A DNA stretch of 64,000 nucleotides, from NCBI GenBank assembly GCA_964187785.1, contig OZ076409.1, forward strand, positions 10,232,001 to 10,296,000, in the 5' to 3' direction. Within the stretch, counting starts at the first letter, position 1. The number at the start of each line of letters is the position of its first letter. Of this stretch, positions 47,301 to 59,498 are shown piece after piece. The translations under genes and the position numbers were made by a program. This DNA comes from Amphiscolops sp. MND2022. Lineage: Eukaryota. The notes under the pieces are model-generated. The model was not told where the DNA came from and did not search any database. It saw nothing but the letters and a program-made list of their open reading frames with translations.

Positions 47301-50300
47301 ATGTAGTTTTTCAATAAATTTGGTGTAAAAATTGAGTGCGCCAATGAAACTCATTACGGCAACTTTGCCAGTTGGAGAAGGGATCTTATGAATAGCTGCA
47401 ATTTTTGAATGGATTGGTTTAATTGTATTGTAACCAGTTTCATGTCCAAGGAATTTGACTTTACGAAGCATGAAAAAGGATTTTTCAGGATCTAGCTTAA
47501 GATTGTTTTTTGTACTAATAATGTGTAATTGTTCTATGAGTTGAAACATGTGTTCTTTAGAATCAGATAAAAGTAATATATCGTCAATGTAGACAAGAGC
47601 GAAACCTTGTTCTATAAGAGTTTTGAAGAAAGTAGACATTTGTTTTGTAAAGAAGTTTGGTAGTCCTTTGAGACCATAAAAGCCTCGGATAAAAGCGAAA
47701 AGTTTGTCTCCGGAGGAGAAACTAGTAAGTTTTATAGTATCTTCGTCAAGAGGTGTATGTGCATAGGCATACATAAGGTCAATAGCGGATTTGTACTTTT
47801 TATTTGCGCGTGCTAGTTGTGGAGCAAGAGGTTCAATAGGCCAAGATTCATCAGATTGTTCTGTATTGGAGTTAAGATGTCGAGCGTCTAATACACATTT
47901 TATTGTATCTCCCTTGGGGATTATAATAACAGGATTTAAATAAGTTGTGCCATAAATGGGTTTGTCTTGAGGAGAAGAACCAATTTGTTTGATAATGTTA
48001 TATTTTTCGAGTTCTTTAAGAAGTACGTTAAGTTTGTCTCGGTAGTGAATAGGGACTTTGGAAGGACGTTGTGTCATAAGTTGAGCATTTGGTTTAGGTC
48101 TTATACGAAAGGGTGTTGAAAATTTTCCAACATCGTTTTTATGAGTTGCATAACATGTTTTATATTTGAGTAACATATTGCAAAGAGTAATGTATTTTGA
48201 ATCTGTAAGGTCAGAAAATTGGAAGTTAAATTTATTAATAAATTTCAAATTTTCAGAAGTATATGGGAGAGAAGGGAAAATGCGTTTTTCGGAAGTATGA
48301 GAAGTAGGCTGAACGTTATATAAAGGAGAAGTTTGATTTGGAATATCGTTATTTGTCATATAAATTTGATGTAGAGAGAATTGAGGAGGAGGGGTTGTAG
48401 GATCATCATATTGTACAATATAGTTGGTCTGTGGAAGTGGTTCAGTAATATCAGGATGATAAGTATTGGTAACGTTATGTATTAAAGTATTAATGTCGTT
48501 AACTTGGAAGAATTTAGGTTTTTCATTAGTAATTGGAACTTCAATGTATCCAATATGTCCTGTAGGTAGAGTTGCAACATGTTTTGAAGTGTTCTGAATA
48601 ATAGTTGCACAAATATCTGGTTTGTCATCGGTAAATACTTCAATAAAATTGAAATTTGTACGGAATTTGGTAGCAAAATAGGTATGAGTTACTGAAGGAA
48701 AGAAGTGGTTTTGTGGTGTGGTTGTGAAATGAAGATTATGATAATTTTTTATTGGGAAGTGTGCAATTTTTGAAGACTTGGGTTTAAGACGTATTTGAGT
48801 TTTTGAATTTATTCTATAAATGTAAGAGAAGTATGGATAATCTTTAGATCGGAGTGTTGTGAATTTTGTATAATTTGGGTGTGTTTTTGATTGGTATTTA
48901 AATTCGAGTGTAAAGTTTTGTATGTTTATGTTTTGAATATTGTCTTCAAAGAATGGTGTGCCAAGGATGTTGTATTTGATATCAGCTACTGCGAAAGGTA
49001 CTGAAAAGTAACGAGAATTTTCATCAATAGTGGTGTTCAAGATTATATTTGCATAGTGTAGAATAGGAACTTCAGTTTGGTTTGCCACGGTTAATGTTTT
49101 GGAATTTCGAGTTGGTCCAACATCAGAGGTGTGATTTGATCTAATATCGAGGAGTTTTGTAAGAGTTATGTATGTTGGGTAGTTGAGTACAGAAATGGAA
49201 GCACCGCTATCTAGGAGGAATGCAATTTCTAATCTAGATGGGTTGTCTCTTTGTACTATACTTGATGGGGTGTGTACATATAGAGTATAAAACCAACTTG
49301 TAGGTGTGACAGCATTTGCCATTGCTGTTGGGTGATACATGTGAACTTCAAATTTGATAGGGTCAGTTTGGTCTTGTTGTTGTATCATATTGATTTTATT
49401 TCTGGAATTTGAGTGTGAGCGAGATCTAGAAATTCTAGAATCTCTTGGTCTTGAAGGTGGTCTATATGAATTTGTGTATTTGGTGAATTTGTTATCTCTT
49501 GAATAGGAGCGTGATCTGTATCTAGGACGAGAGTTTTGTCTATATGGGGATCTATAAGAAGATCTGTAAGGAGAACGGTAAGATCGAGAATCACGTTTGT
49601 ATGTATCATATCTTGATCTGGAGTAGTGTGGAGGAGTAGTACTTTTGTCATAACGAAATCTGTCTCTATCTCGAGATGTAGAACGGTATCGGTTTTGTGA
49701 ATATTTTTGGTTATAAGAGTTGTCTAGTGAAGTGCTTCGACTTCGGTATCGATTATCATAGTGTTTTGTTCTGTCATTGGAAGGAGAACGAAAGTACTGA
49801 ACGAATGATTTTTGTGGAGATTTTGATCGAGCATATGCTTCTCGTTTATCTTCATCATCTCGTTGTTTTTTGAAACAAGCAGAAATGGAGTGATTTGTTC
49901 TATGACAATATGAGCAATATTTTTTATATGCAGGTTTATTTTTGTTATTTGGGTCTTTGGGTTGTGTATAAATAAGTTGTTCTTGAGATGGGTGATCTAG
50001 AGTTTGAGTGTTCAATTGTTTTGTAATATTATTGATTTCAAGTGCATGATCGTGTGTTCTGATTTTGTCGTTTGCAATATCTTCAGCATCAACAAGTTTT
50101 ACCAAAGTATGAAAAGGAATTGAAGGTTCTAAGACAGTGGAGGTGTGTTTTACTTGTCTTTTAATTGCAAAATCTTTAAGGTTTTTTGGAAGTCCTTTTG
50201 TAAAGATTTCATTACATTTAAGGTTTATAGTAGGTTCATTCTCATTACACCAGCCTTTTTCAACCAGTTGTTGAACTTTGAGTGCAAAATGACGTACTGT

Positions 50301-52528
50301 TTCATTGTCTTTCTTTGTTAAATTAAGGGCTTCAACTTGAGCATAGTAAGCGTTCTTTTGTGAGGAAAATTGTTTTTTGAAAGCTTGTACAAAAGCGTGC
50401 CAATCATGTTTATAAGTGTCGTTTAAACGAATGTACCAGCTTAATGCTGTACCTGTTAGAGAGCATTGTATAAAAGCCATGCGACGGGCGTGCCAAAATT
50501 TATATTCATGTTCCGATGTAGGTTGTAAACCTAAGGAAAATGTAACACGTGCCTCAATATGTTGTAAATATTCTTCAGGTGTATAGTTGTGATCGAGTCC
50601 ATCAAAAGGTTTAATGGGTTCTGATTTAGAAGTAGAAGAGTTAATATATGTTGGGTGTGACATAGTGTTATGAGACATAGTAGATGGAGGTGTTGTGTTG
50701 TATGTGGGGTTATTGGAAATATTAGGTTAAGAAGTAGTTGAAGTACTATGAAAGTGAGGGTTAGTTCTAATTGTTGTCGAAGGAGGATTTGGTATATGAA
50801 ATTGGGAAGTTTGTAATGTAGGAGTGATTTTATTGGATGTATGTTGAGAAGAAAGGGTATTTAATTGGTTGGATGTATTGTAATTTACCTGAGATTGTTG
50901 TGTATGACTTGGATTAGTACTAGTGAGACTGTATGATAATGGATTAGTTAATAAGGTTGTAATGGAGGTCGAGAAAGATGTCTGGCAGTGGTATAATTTG
51001 TAGATGGGTTGGAATGGATGGTGTTAATGTTTAGGGTAGTTTGTGTAGTTTGTACTGAGTTGGTTTGAGCTGGAGTATAAGTCGAAGTGTGTATTTCAGA
51101 AGATGATGGTGGAGTTGGTGTTTGAAAATGTACTGAATTATTGTTTTGTGTAATGTAGGGTGTATTTGATGAGCTTTGTTGGGAAGAGTCGTGAGTATTT
51201 ATCTGAGTTGAGAATTGAGGTGGAACAGAAGGTGGATTATAATTTCGAGAAGATAGTATTTGTGTCTGAGAGGGTTGAGTAATATTAGTATTAGATGTAG
51301 ATAAAATAGAGGTATTGTCCGGGTTTGTATTTGAAGTGTTGTCTTGATTTTGGTTTGTAAATTCATTTTGTGAGATATTGTGGGTAGGAACTAGTATAAG
51401 ATTTGAGTCATCGGTTATTGTAAAACTTCGTGTATTTTGTACTGTTTCTTCAGAAAGTTTTGATGTATTGCGAATTGTATTTGTTTCAGAAGGATTTGGT
51501 TGTTGCATATCTGAGATTTGTGATAATGGTGGGTATGATAGTTGTTCTTGAGGAAGATCAGGATTTTGAAAAAGATTAGCAAGGGCTTCTTGTTCTGGGG
51601 ATTCTTGTTCTGATTGGTCTGATTGTTGTCTTGTATATGAAGGTTCAACACTAGAGGTTTGTTCTTCAGGAATTGTTTCATGAGAAGTATCAGGTGTAGT
51701 AAAAGGTCTCTTGTCTGATGTTTCAGAATGTTCAAGTACAAAGTTGTGATCTATGATTATTTGTTCAAAATGTGTAACATTTAGTGAAGTAAGATCTCGG
51801 TAATGTAAATGTTTGTTTTCATTTTTTATGATGTATGGTAAGAGTTCTATATGTGTTAATATTTGAGGGAAGTTAATATAGGCTTGTTGATCTTTTTGTT
51901 CCCATATTAGTTGATAGTTAAATCTAAGAAACTTTAATAAGAATTGTGTAAAAATTTTGACTTGAGGTATAGTGTCATCTGTAAGAATAATGTTGGTAAA
52001 GAATCTGTACTGAAAATGTTTTATTTGTAAGATATCTCGTTGTAACCAATAATGAGGGTTATCATGTCGTTGGACTTTTGTGTCAAGATCTGGGACCTCG
52101 AAATATTCAGATCTGTGTTTTAGTTCTTGTAAATGAGAAGGACGATAAGGTGGTGTGTCTTGGTTTTCATTGAATTCAATGAGTTTTTGCATGTATGTGT
52201 GAAAAACATCTTGTATAGAAAGTGTAATATTCTGAGGGTGTATAGTTCTATAAAATGTTCCAGAGTTTATTCCTTTAACAGGGTTAAAAATAACTTGAAA
52301 AGGGATTTGTGATGGTGTAATGTCAAGTGTTTTATAGTGGATATAATATAGGTAAGAATCACAATGTTCTCGTACTAATGGAATAGTATGTAATATATGG
52401 GGTTCTGTTTCAAATGGAAGTGGGTTAGTGTACTGAAAGATAATGTTTTGTAGAAAAGGTGTTACATCTTGTATAAGAGATCGATTTTGTCTTTTGTCAG
52501 TAGTGACTGTAAATGGAGTGGGGAGCAT
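44329..52528 (-). pseudogene. gag-pol: Gag-Pol polyprotein of D (novel N-domain, CA, CCHC, RS-rich region, PR, RT, RH, IN)
   Basis: PFDG...LTGTALSWY; CSYCHRTNHSISAC; LLDSGAS; YIDD; TVDAS; HEHSH...CIEC; TDRGSEY; GPY motif. Breaks at ~50950, ~50728, ~47055 and 45148. Confidence 0.92.
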
Positions 52529-52776
52529 TATATGATATTAAGTTTGATTAGTACAATAAAATTGCCATAAAGGATAGATGTATCGGAAAAGAAGATATTT
52601 TGTATTGAATTGTGAGTTATATGGAAAATTTGATCTATGAAAACCACTTGTAAGAAAATAGTAAGTGCAATACTTATGAAAAGAAGAAATGGGTTTTGTA
52701 TATATTGGATAAGGGTATAAAATGTGTGGTAAATACTAAGTAGTCCAAAAAGAGGTAGTACTATACTTGTTAACAT
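52528..52776 (-). CDS. Upstream hydrophobic ORF (82 aa), stop overlaps the gag ATG
   Basis: Two or three hydrophobic stretches; TAATG overlap at 52530-52526. Confidence 0.45.
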   Translation of the reverse strand: MLTSIVLPLFGLLSIYHTFYTLIQYIQNPFLLFISIALTIFLQVVFIDQIFHITHNSIQNIFFSDTSILYGNFIVLIKLNII

Positions 52777-52795
52777 AGAAGAAAAAGGTTGTACT

Positions 52796-52918
52796 TCAAA
52801 ATTTTGGTATGAATGAAATTAAGAATTTGTCCAGAAAAAGTGCAAGACCAGCAATGATAGCAACAAAGAACCAAAAGCAGACAATAAGTTTAACTATAGT
52901 GTCTACTGAAGGCGGCAT
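52796..52918 (-). CDS. Upstream single-TM micro-ORF (40 aa)
   Basis: Manual translation MPPSVDTIVKLIVCFWFFVAIIAGLALFLDKFLISFIPKF*. Confidence 0.4.
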   Translation of the reverse strand: MPPSVDTIVKLIVCFWFFVAIIAGLALFLDKFLISFIPKF

Positions 52919-53242
52919 GTGCAATAAAGTTTTATTAAGAGTCTGACAAAAAGGTTGTACAAAAATTTGTTGTATATAGGTGTATGAAAAATGAGAGTTA
53001 TATAAAGAAATATGTGATGTATGTGTTATATATCTTAATTGTTATGTATTTGGATCTGTAAGCTAGTTTTAAAAGAGTTTTGTATGTTATTTGTACTATA
53101 AAAGAAAGAATAAGAAAAGTATTATAAATATGTTATGTAGAAAATATGTGTTATATATGTGTGCCAACTTTAAAGTTGATCCAAGCGGCTAGAACCAAAG
53201 AGATTTTTACTAGCAGGTATCGCTGGATAGCACTGTAGAAGG

Positions 53243-53417
53243 GCCAACACGTATCGCACGTCTGCGGTTGGAACGGAAGAAAGAGAAAAAGCCAACACGA
53301 ATTCACTCAGTGGTTGTTGGAACGAAAAAATTACTGACAGGAATTACGTCAAGAAACGTAGTCAGAACCAAGAAATATGACTGACAGGAATTACGTTGAG
53401 AAACGCAGTCAGAACCA
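53243..53417 (-). repeat. Two pairs of structured repeats in the 5' leader of D
   Basis: On the plus strand, GCCAACACG...GTTGGAACG x2 and ACTGACAGGAATTACGT...GTCAGAACCA x2, each self-complementary. Confidence 0.7.
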
Positions 53418-53599
53418 TAGCAACACGGATCAATTTCAAATAGAAATTGGTTGCAACGTTGAAGTTCATAACAATAGGCGATGTTGAGAGGTGGAGAAAC
53501 TGTGTGTCGAACAAAGAGATAGCGTATGAGAAAGTCGAGGAAAGAGGTACAACAATTGTAGGTGTGTGAAATAAATGGGAGAGAAAAAAGAATTATTTT

Positions 53600-53609
53600 G
53601 GTCGCACCA
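53600..53609 (-). promoter_or_regulatory. Primer-binding site of D
   Basis: TGGTGCGACC lies 2 nt after the LTR end; F has TGGTGCAACC; cognate tRNA not identified. Confidence 0.7.
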
Positions 53610-53611
53610 TG

Positions 53612-54012
53612 TGAGCTGTTAAAAAGTTGTGTGGTTGTTTCTTTTAGAAGAGTTAGAACTGACATAAGAAGTCTAAGATTTTAACAGCAGAGTCGTCTTA
53701 TCTTTTATCTTGTAGCTAGCTAGTTCGGAGTACAATCTATTTCTGAGATCTCAGTTCTTGAAGTATGGGAGGAAGACTGAGTGCTAGGATGAATTCTCAA
53801 TTTCTCCGAGTAGATATATTCTATTAACTAGGGTAGGTTACATCAATTAACAATGTGACAGCAACAGGATGAAGCAGGGGAGTTTGATACAGGATCTATT
53901 AAATGAAGTTTCTTAGCTTCTAAATTAGATTACATTTACTAATTGAGTTGGTTAAGAGTTCAGCGTATTTCAAATTTATAGAATCTTTGAGGACATGCAT
54001 CATGGCATCACA
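53612..54012 (-). repeat. 5' LTR of element D
   Basis: Matches 36072-36472; followed by the CTGG target duplication. Confidence 0.95.
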
Positions 54013-56742
54013 CTGGAGTAATCTCTGGGTCTAAGTTCCTCATTTCAGTATCGTCTCTATTAGCCGGTCTAAATGCTCGTATGATTGCGTTCTGAGATTG
54101 AGCGACTAGAGTTTTGATTTCCTCAGTAATCTCTTTTCTTAGGGTCGTTTCCAGATTCTCAAACTCACTGTTGTTTTGGGTTACATTTTCATCAGTTGAC
54201 GTGGAAAGGACGTTATTAACTATTCTCTTAACCTCAGTACTGAAAACTCTTGGAGGAACTTGATCCAAACTCAGGTTCCTCTTCTTCTCGGCTTACAGCT
54301 CTCTTCTTCGGGGTTTTGGTAGACATAAATGCTCAGCAAGTTTCGAGAAATTTTGCTGAACAAGAATTAATTAATTGGGAGATTCTTTTGAGGATTGCAA
54401 TTACAATCTTCAAGAAATCCAGTTTACAGAAATACAAAGGCTAGAACAAACTTTTAACAAGATTTTAGAATGAAATTAAATGAAATCTCCTCTTTTTCCT
54501 AAGTATAATTACCCTCCTAGCGTCATTCGTTCATGCGGGCGTCCCCGATGGAGCGGCCAATATTTGTCATATCCGGGAAAAGTAAGAACAATCTCAAAAC
54601 ATTTCACAAGTAGCATCATGGCCCCGTCAAATTTCCTATCACGGTTGCGGGAAGTTCAATAAATGGAATATTATTCCGCGGGAAAAGTACTACTTTTGAT
54701 GATGACTAGTATTATTCTGATATTCTGAGTGATTTGAGTTCAATCACGAATTCAAATCATAAAGTTTCTATTCAAAAGTTTTGCTTACTGGCATGATCAG
54801 TGAGCAACTAGTTCAAATCATTAAACTCTAAATTGAATTAATTAGTTAGTCACACTAAATGATTAGAATTCTTTTGCATGCATGTGTCATCCAATGTAAA
54901 TTAGTGTATGTATGTATGTTTTAACGTACGTATGCGTTAATTGTTTAATCGCGTAATTCAGTCAAAGTTAATGCGTAATTTAGTCAAAGTAATTAAACTC
55001 CAAGCAACTATCCAATGTAAATTTATGTGTTTGAAGCAATTATCAGATTGCCGTAAACTAATCAAACTTTGACTACTTTACACTTTTCGGTAGTTTAGTA
55101 AATGAATATCTCATTAAAAGTGGAATTTAATCAAACTTTGACTGAATTACACCTTACTAAATTAGCTTGTAAAATTTTACTGTTTTACACTATTTACTAA
55201 CTACGCATTTTGACTGGAATTCACCGCGTTCGTATTACGCTGTGCTGCACCACTACACGAGTGGATTACTACAGTCTTTGACCAGTTTACAGTAATAACT
55301 GTTTTACCCGAAATACTGTTTACACCAAGTGATCACTTTCCACTTTTGCGGGACATGTATCGTAATGTAGCTAAACCGGAAATGTGATTCATTTTGATTT
55401 TTCATTCTCACCAAAACAACCCAACTTAATCGTGAGATTCAAAACCGTTGAAGTTGCATGAACAAAATAGTCAATATTAGTGGAGGAAAAGTTTTCATAA
55501 AATTGATAGGGGGGATTTTCTTATCTGCTAATTGCCCTTGGTTTGATACTAGGACAAAATGAAGTTTTCGTTTTCCAGAAGGAGATTTAGTCACTTCGAT
55601 ACATTCATCGATGATTAAGAATATAGGAATTACAGGCAAAAAAACAACACTATGCTGACGCACGCATGACGTGCGGTTTATTTAAAACTTCACTGACATA
55701 GCAACGTAAATGAGACGTCTTCCCGTATCGGGTCAGTCCCTCAGAAAATAAGTTCAATGCAATTAAACACAACAATAATTCAACATATTTTAAGATTCAA
55801 AGCGACGATTAGGTGTCTGAATCATTAAAATAGGGCGGGGCATTGAGTCTTGTAGTATTAGTTATCAATAAACTGTGACCTTGATCATTTTACGAGCATT
55901 ATATATCAAAAGTTTCGGAATTACATTAGAGCAATTCGAAATGTCCTAAGAAATAGTTAGTTTTCCAAACGAATATACATGAACTCATCCTTTGACGAGA
56001 CCGGCTAAAAAATACGGTTACATTTGACGTAGCGTTGACGTGGCTATTCCGACTAGTTCAACAAAGACGTAGTTGTGACATAGGCTATTATGCCATTCTT
56101 ACTGAGTGAGCAACATGAGCGTGATGTAAAAGCGACGTTAGTTAATCTTTCATTCTTTTTGAGTTAGTGACGTAAGCGCGACGTTATTCATTGATCAGTA
56201 CTGTAAGCTGATTCGACTACTTATTCACTTAGTGTGTTATTTGCGGGTAACTTACAGCAGAAGCGCGTTAGTGAAAACTTCCTAATGAATGACGACATCT
56301 TTGTAGTTTATTTTTGACGATACTCAAAAAGTGTTTTATTGCTGAGAAAGCCACTGAAATTTCAAGTCGCATACCTATTCTCAAAGTGGTAAATGAGTAG
56401 AAATTCCACTGGGATTAAATTCCGTTTATCGAAAAACTCGCTTAGGCAATTTTAGTATTGTTCGTTGAATTTCATTACCTAACAGTGAATTTTGCGACGT
56501 GCGGTAGTCCGTAGATGTTGAAAATGGCCGTGTTATCAGTATGCTAGTATAATAATTTCCTTTAGGAAGCCGCTTGATTTTCTCTCTATGAATGTTTTTT
56601 CTCTGGTCACAGTCTATTCAATTGTTATTAAGGTAAAATCGTTTTAATTCCAACAGTACTTAGCTGACATTAGACAACATGTGTCCTCTCTCAAACTGTA
56701 CTATTTGGCAAGAACACGCCAGTCCTGCAGCGGTCTGTGACA
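54013..56742 (-). repeat. Main part of the 5' LTR of element C, including the Gag N-terminus (ATG ~54326)
   Basis: LETTLRKEITEEIKTLVAQSQ resembles A's IKTSLRKEIMSDLTKILAENQ; joins 36071 across the target duplication; ends TGTGACA. Confidence 0.7.
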
Positions 56743-58900
56743 ATGACATCTGACAAGTTATTAGGTTAGGAGGTTAGATAAACATATCAAGGTATATGAA
56801 AACACTTGAGGACATGCATAATAGCATCACAATCAACCGGGAATTTAAAAAGAAAAAAATTATCTGCAATTTTTGGAGCAGTGTGTCTCACAAGATTCTG
56901 TTTCATTTTAGGTTCGTATTCTTTGTTCTAAAGAGCATGTATCATACTTAAGGAGCGATAACAACCTAGGACGGTTTAACTTCTTATGTTTCTAGACTGT
57001 TCACTTTGCCGCAACATTGTTGAGGTCGAATAGTTTTGACTGACAGTTTCGTTCAAGGTATTGTTTTGACAACTGCCAATTTTTCTTGAGTTTTGAGGCA
57101 TGGAAGAATGTAAGTATCCTTTTGTCGGCCTAAAAAAAGTGAATTTCTTCAAAAGAGCAATCGTGAATGAAAATTTTTCAAGTTGTAGAAAATTGACAGA
57201 GTTGTCAATGACTCATGAAGCAATATTGGCGAGTAGTGAACAAAAATTGAAGAAGTTAGTGAGAGCCAATTATTTTCTATTTTCAACGAAAGTGAAAAAC
57301 AAGAGTGAGCGTTGAAAAAGTGTTTCAAACTTGGACTGAAAATATCCTAAGTTGTCCTGTGACAAAGGTCATTTATCAAAGTTTGAAAGTGTGTAGCAAA
57401 GCTCATTTTTCAAAATTTTTTAGGTGTACTGAAGTTTTGAAAAGCTTTTTGTACCATAAAAAGAGAGCAATACAATAATGTATTAGGTGTACTAGAGATA
57501 AAATGTTGTAAATGTCCCATATGTTGATAGTAAAAAACACACTCTATAGTAAGATACACATTTTATAGTAAGATACACATTTTCAATTAGATTATTATGG
57601 TAAGATTACACAATACTACAATTTTATGGGTAAGATAAAAACATACAAAATTATTATGGAAGCACTGAATAAGATTACAAGAATAATAATTGCTTGAAGT
57701 ACTTTGAATACAATGTTAGGATTAGAATAGCACTAATAAGATTGTTCGATATTATTGGATTATTAAATAAATTGTTATAATATTGACCATGCATTATAAA
57801 TGAAGCATAACTGGAGTAATATTGATGAATAAAAAGGAGTTTGAAACAGTTTTTGATTTTGAAGAATGATGTGTTGGTTACGAAACAATGACGTCATTAC
57901 CAGAGCAGGGGTGACCCGTGGAAGACCAGAAACGATGTTGAAGACCAGAAGTGAAGTTGAAAACCAGACGTAAAGTTGAAGACCAGACGTGAAGTTGAAG
58001 ACCAGAAGCAGTGTTGAAGACAAGAAGTGAAGTTGAAGACCAGAAGCGGTGTTGAAGACCAGAATAGGAATTGAAGACCAGAAGCGGTATTGAAGACCAG
58101 AAGTGAAGTAAAGTTGTTGTAAAAACAACGAAAACGAGACTGCCAGCCAGGCAGTAAATATGAGGCATTTGTGCAGGTTTGAGGGAGTTTAGTGAAATGC
58201 CTTTCGACTTGCAACATGATGAAGACAGACATCACGAAGAGGGGCAAGAAGGAAAGGCATGAGTGAGAGAACTGAGAAAATGTTTTTTCCATCCACAGAA
58301 AGGATGTTTCTGTGGTACGCGATACTGATGCGTTTCTGGATCATAGGCTTATAGTTGTTGAGTGAAGCCAAAATCTTTCATTGTAGCAATGAAGGCATCA
58401 CATGCTTCTGTGAGCGCATGACGGAAATAGTGGTCCTTTGTTGTGAATGAGGGGTTTTAGAATGAAAAGAGCCTCAGAAGTGGTTTCGCAGATTGCGAGC
58501 TTAGGACCGTCGAAGTGAATGCGGGCATATTGTTCAAAGTTTATTGTTTCTTTTCAAAGTAGATGCAGCGGGTGTAACAGTGGGTGTAAGCCAAGGAGGC
58601 AACAAAGAAGGAGGTGGAGAAAGAGAAGTTTCTGAAACAAGAGAAGTTTGATTACATCGAATCATTTTGGAGTTATTTATACTGTACTATATGGTGCTAG
58701 AAGTTTATGTTTCATTGGAAATGCTATTTGTAGTAAAAAGTTTGTGTTATAAGAAAAATTCCAAAGTTTAAAAGAACTTTATATTGTGTCATAAGTAAAA
58801 AAGAACGTTGAACGTACCATAAATGACTCTAAAAGTGTGAAATTTTTACATGAAGAACAGGTACAAAAGATAAAAAGTGTCAAAAAATCCAAGGATTTCC
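56743..58900 (-). mobile_element. Element E: 3' fragment of a family 2 element
   Basis: LTR remnant ending TTGAGGACATGCAT...GCATCACA at 56831, then 20 nt identical to D, a homologous 3' region and the 150-aa ORF homolog; right limit approximate. Confidence 0.8.
57921..58110. repeat. 19-bp tandem repeat, 10 copies
   Basis: GAAGACCAGA-N6-GTT-like units every 19 bp from 57921 to 58092. Confidence 0.92.
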
Positions 58901-59292
58901 TAAATAAAGGTATAACCACCAATTCATCTTAATCCCCCGCCCCATGAATATATGTCTAGACTATCGATTACTGACTAATGTATCCGTAAATGAATGTATC
59001 TAATTTATAATCCAGACGTATCTTGAATTTGATGTACCTATTTTATATTCAATGCTATAACTTTTAATGTAAATTTATTCTGATTTATACTACCAACACA
59101 ACGCTGAATTGACTCTCCATCGTCAGTTGTCTTCCCATTCTAAGACTTAATATCTGCAGCTCTATTAGTGTCTCTTAATGCACTAAGTCCTCAAATTCAA
59201 GATCTTAACAAAATAAATACAAACAACAAGTACATTAACTGGTGCAACCAACACCATTTTCCAACTCTTTCCTTCCATCATTTCTGAATTTT

Positions 59293-59498
59293 TGTACTAA
59301 TCACACCTCAGTGATTCGACACTTTGTCGGTACAACATTTCTTCTGTACTAATCACAATGTCAAGTGATTCGACCTCGTAGTCGGTACATTTCATCTTCT
59401 CTTCTGTACTAATCACATCTCAGTGATTCAGCTACGTGCTGGTACATCCCTTCTTTCTGTACTAATCACTTTTCCAAGTGATTCAGCTTCACGCTACA
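59293..59498 (+). repeat. Four tandem copies of a three-way-junction RNA motif in the leader of F
   Basis: TGTAC-T-AATCAC-loop-GTGATT-stem/loop-GTACA at 59293, 59345, 59405 and 59458. Confidence 0.85.

Larger units (their letters stand above)
36072..54012 (-). mobile_element. Element D: full-length 17.9-kb env-bearing Ty3/gypsy element (family 2)
   Basis: Two 401-bp LTRs; CTGG target duplication at 36068-36071 and 54013-54016; PBS; gag-pol, env and accessory ORFs. Confidence 0.95.
27545..56742 (-). mobile_element. Element C: degenerate family 1 LTR retrotransposon, 3' LTR missing, 5' LTR split by element D
   Basis: gag-pol fragments homologous to A; same PBS; antisense gene homolog; Gag N-terminus resumes after D at 54013; likely LTR end GGTCTGTGACA at 56742. 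Confidence 0.85.

Noticed and set aside
53303..53665. ORFs starting MSVLTLLKETT (also 35715-36125)
   Set aside because: Both start in the D LTR and run into unrelated sequence; the second is a junction chimera with the Gag of C.
57921..58110. CRISPR-like repeat-spacer array
   Set aside because: Units are only 19 bp with related short spacers, there are no cas genes, and the context is a eukaryotic retroelement.
59293..59498. CRISPR array, tRNA cluster or hammerhead ribozymes
   Set aside because: The variable parts are short loops; there is no cloverleaf or T-loop and no CUGANGA/GAAA core.
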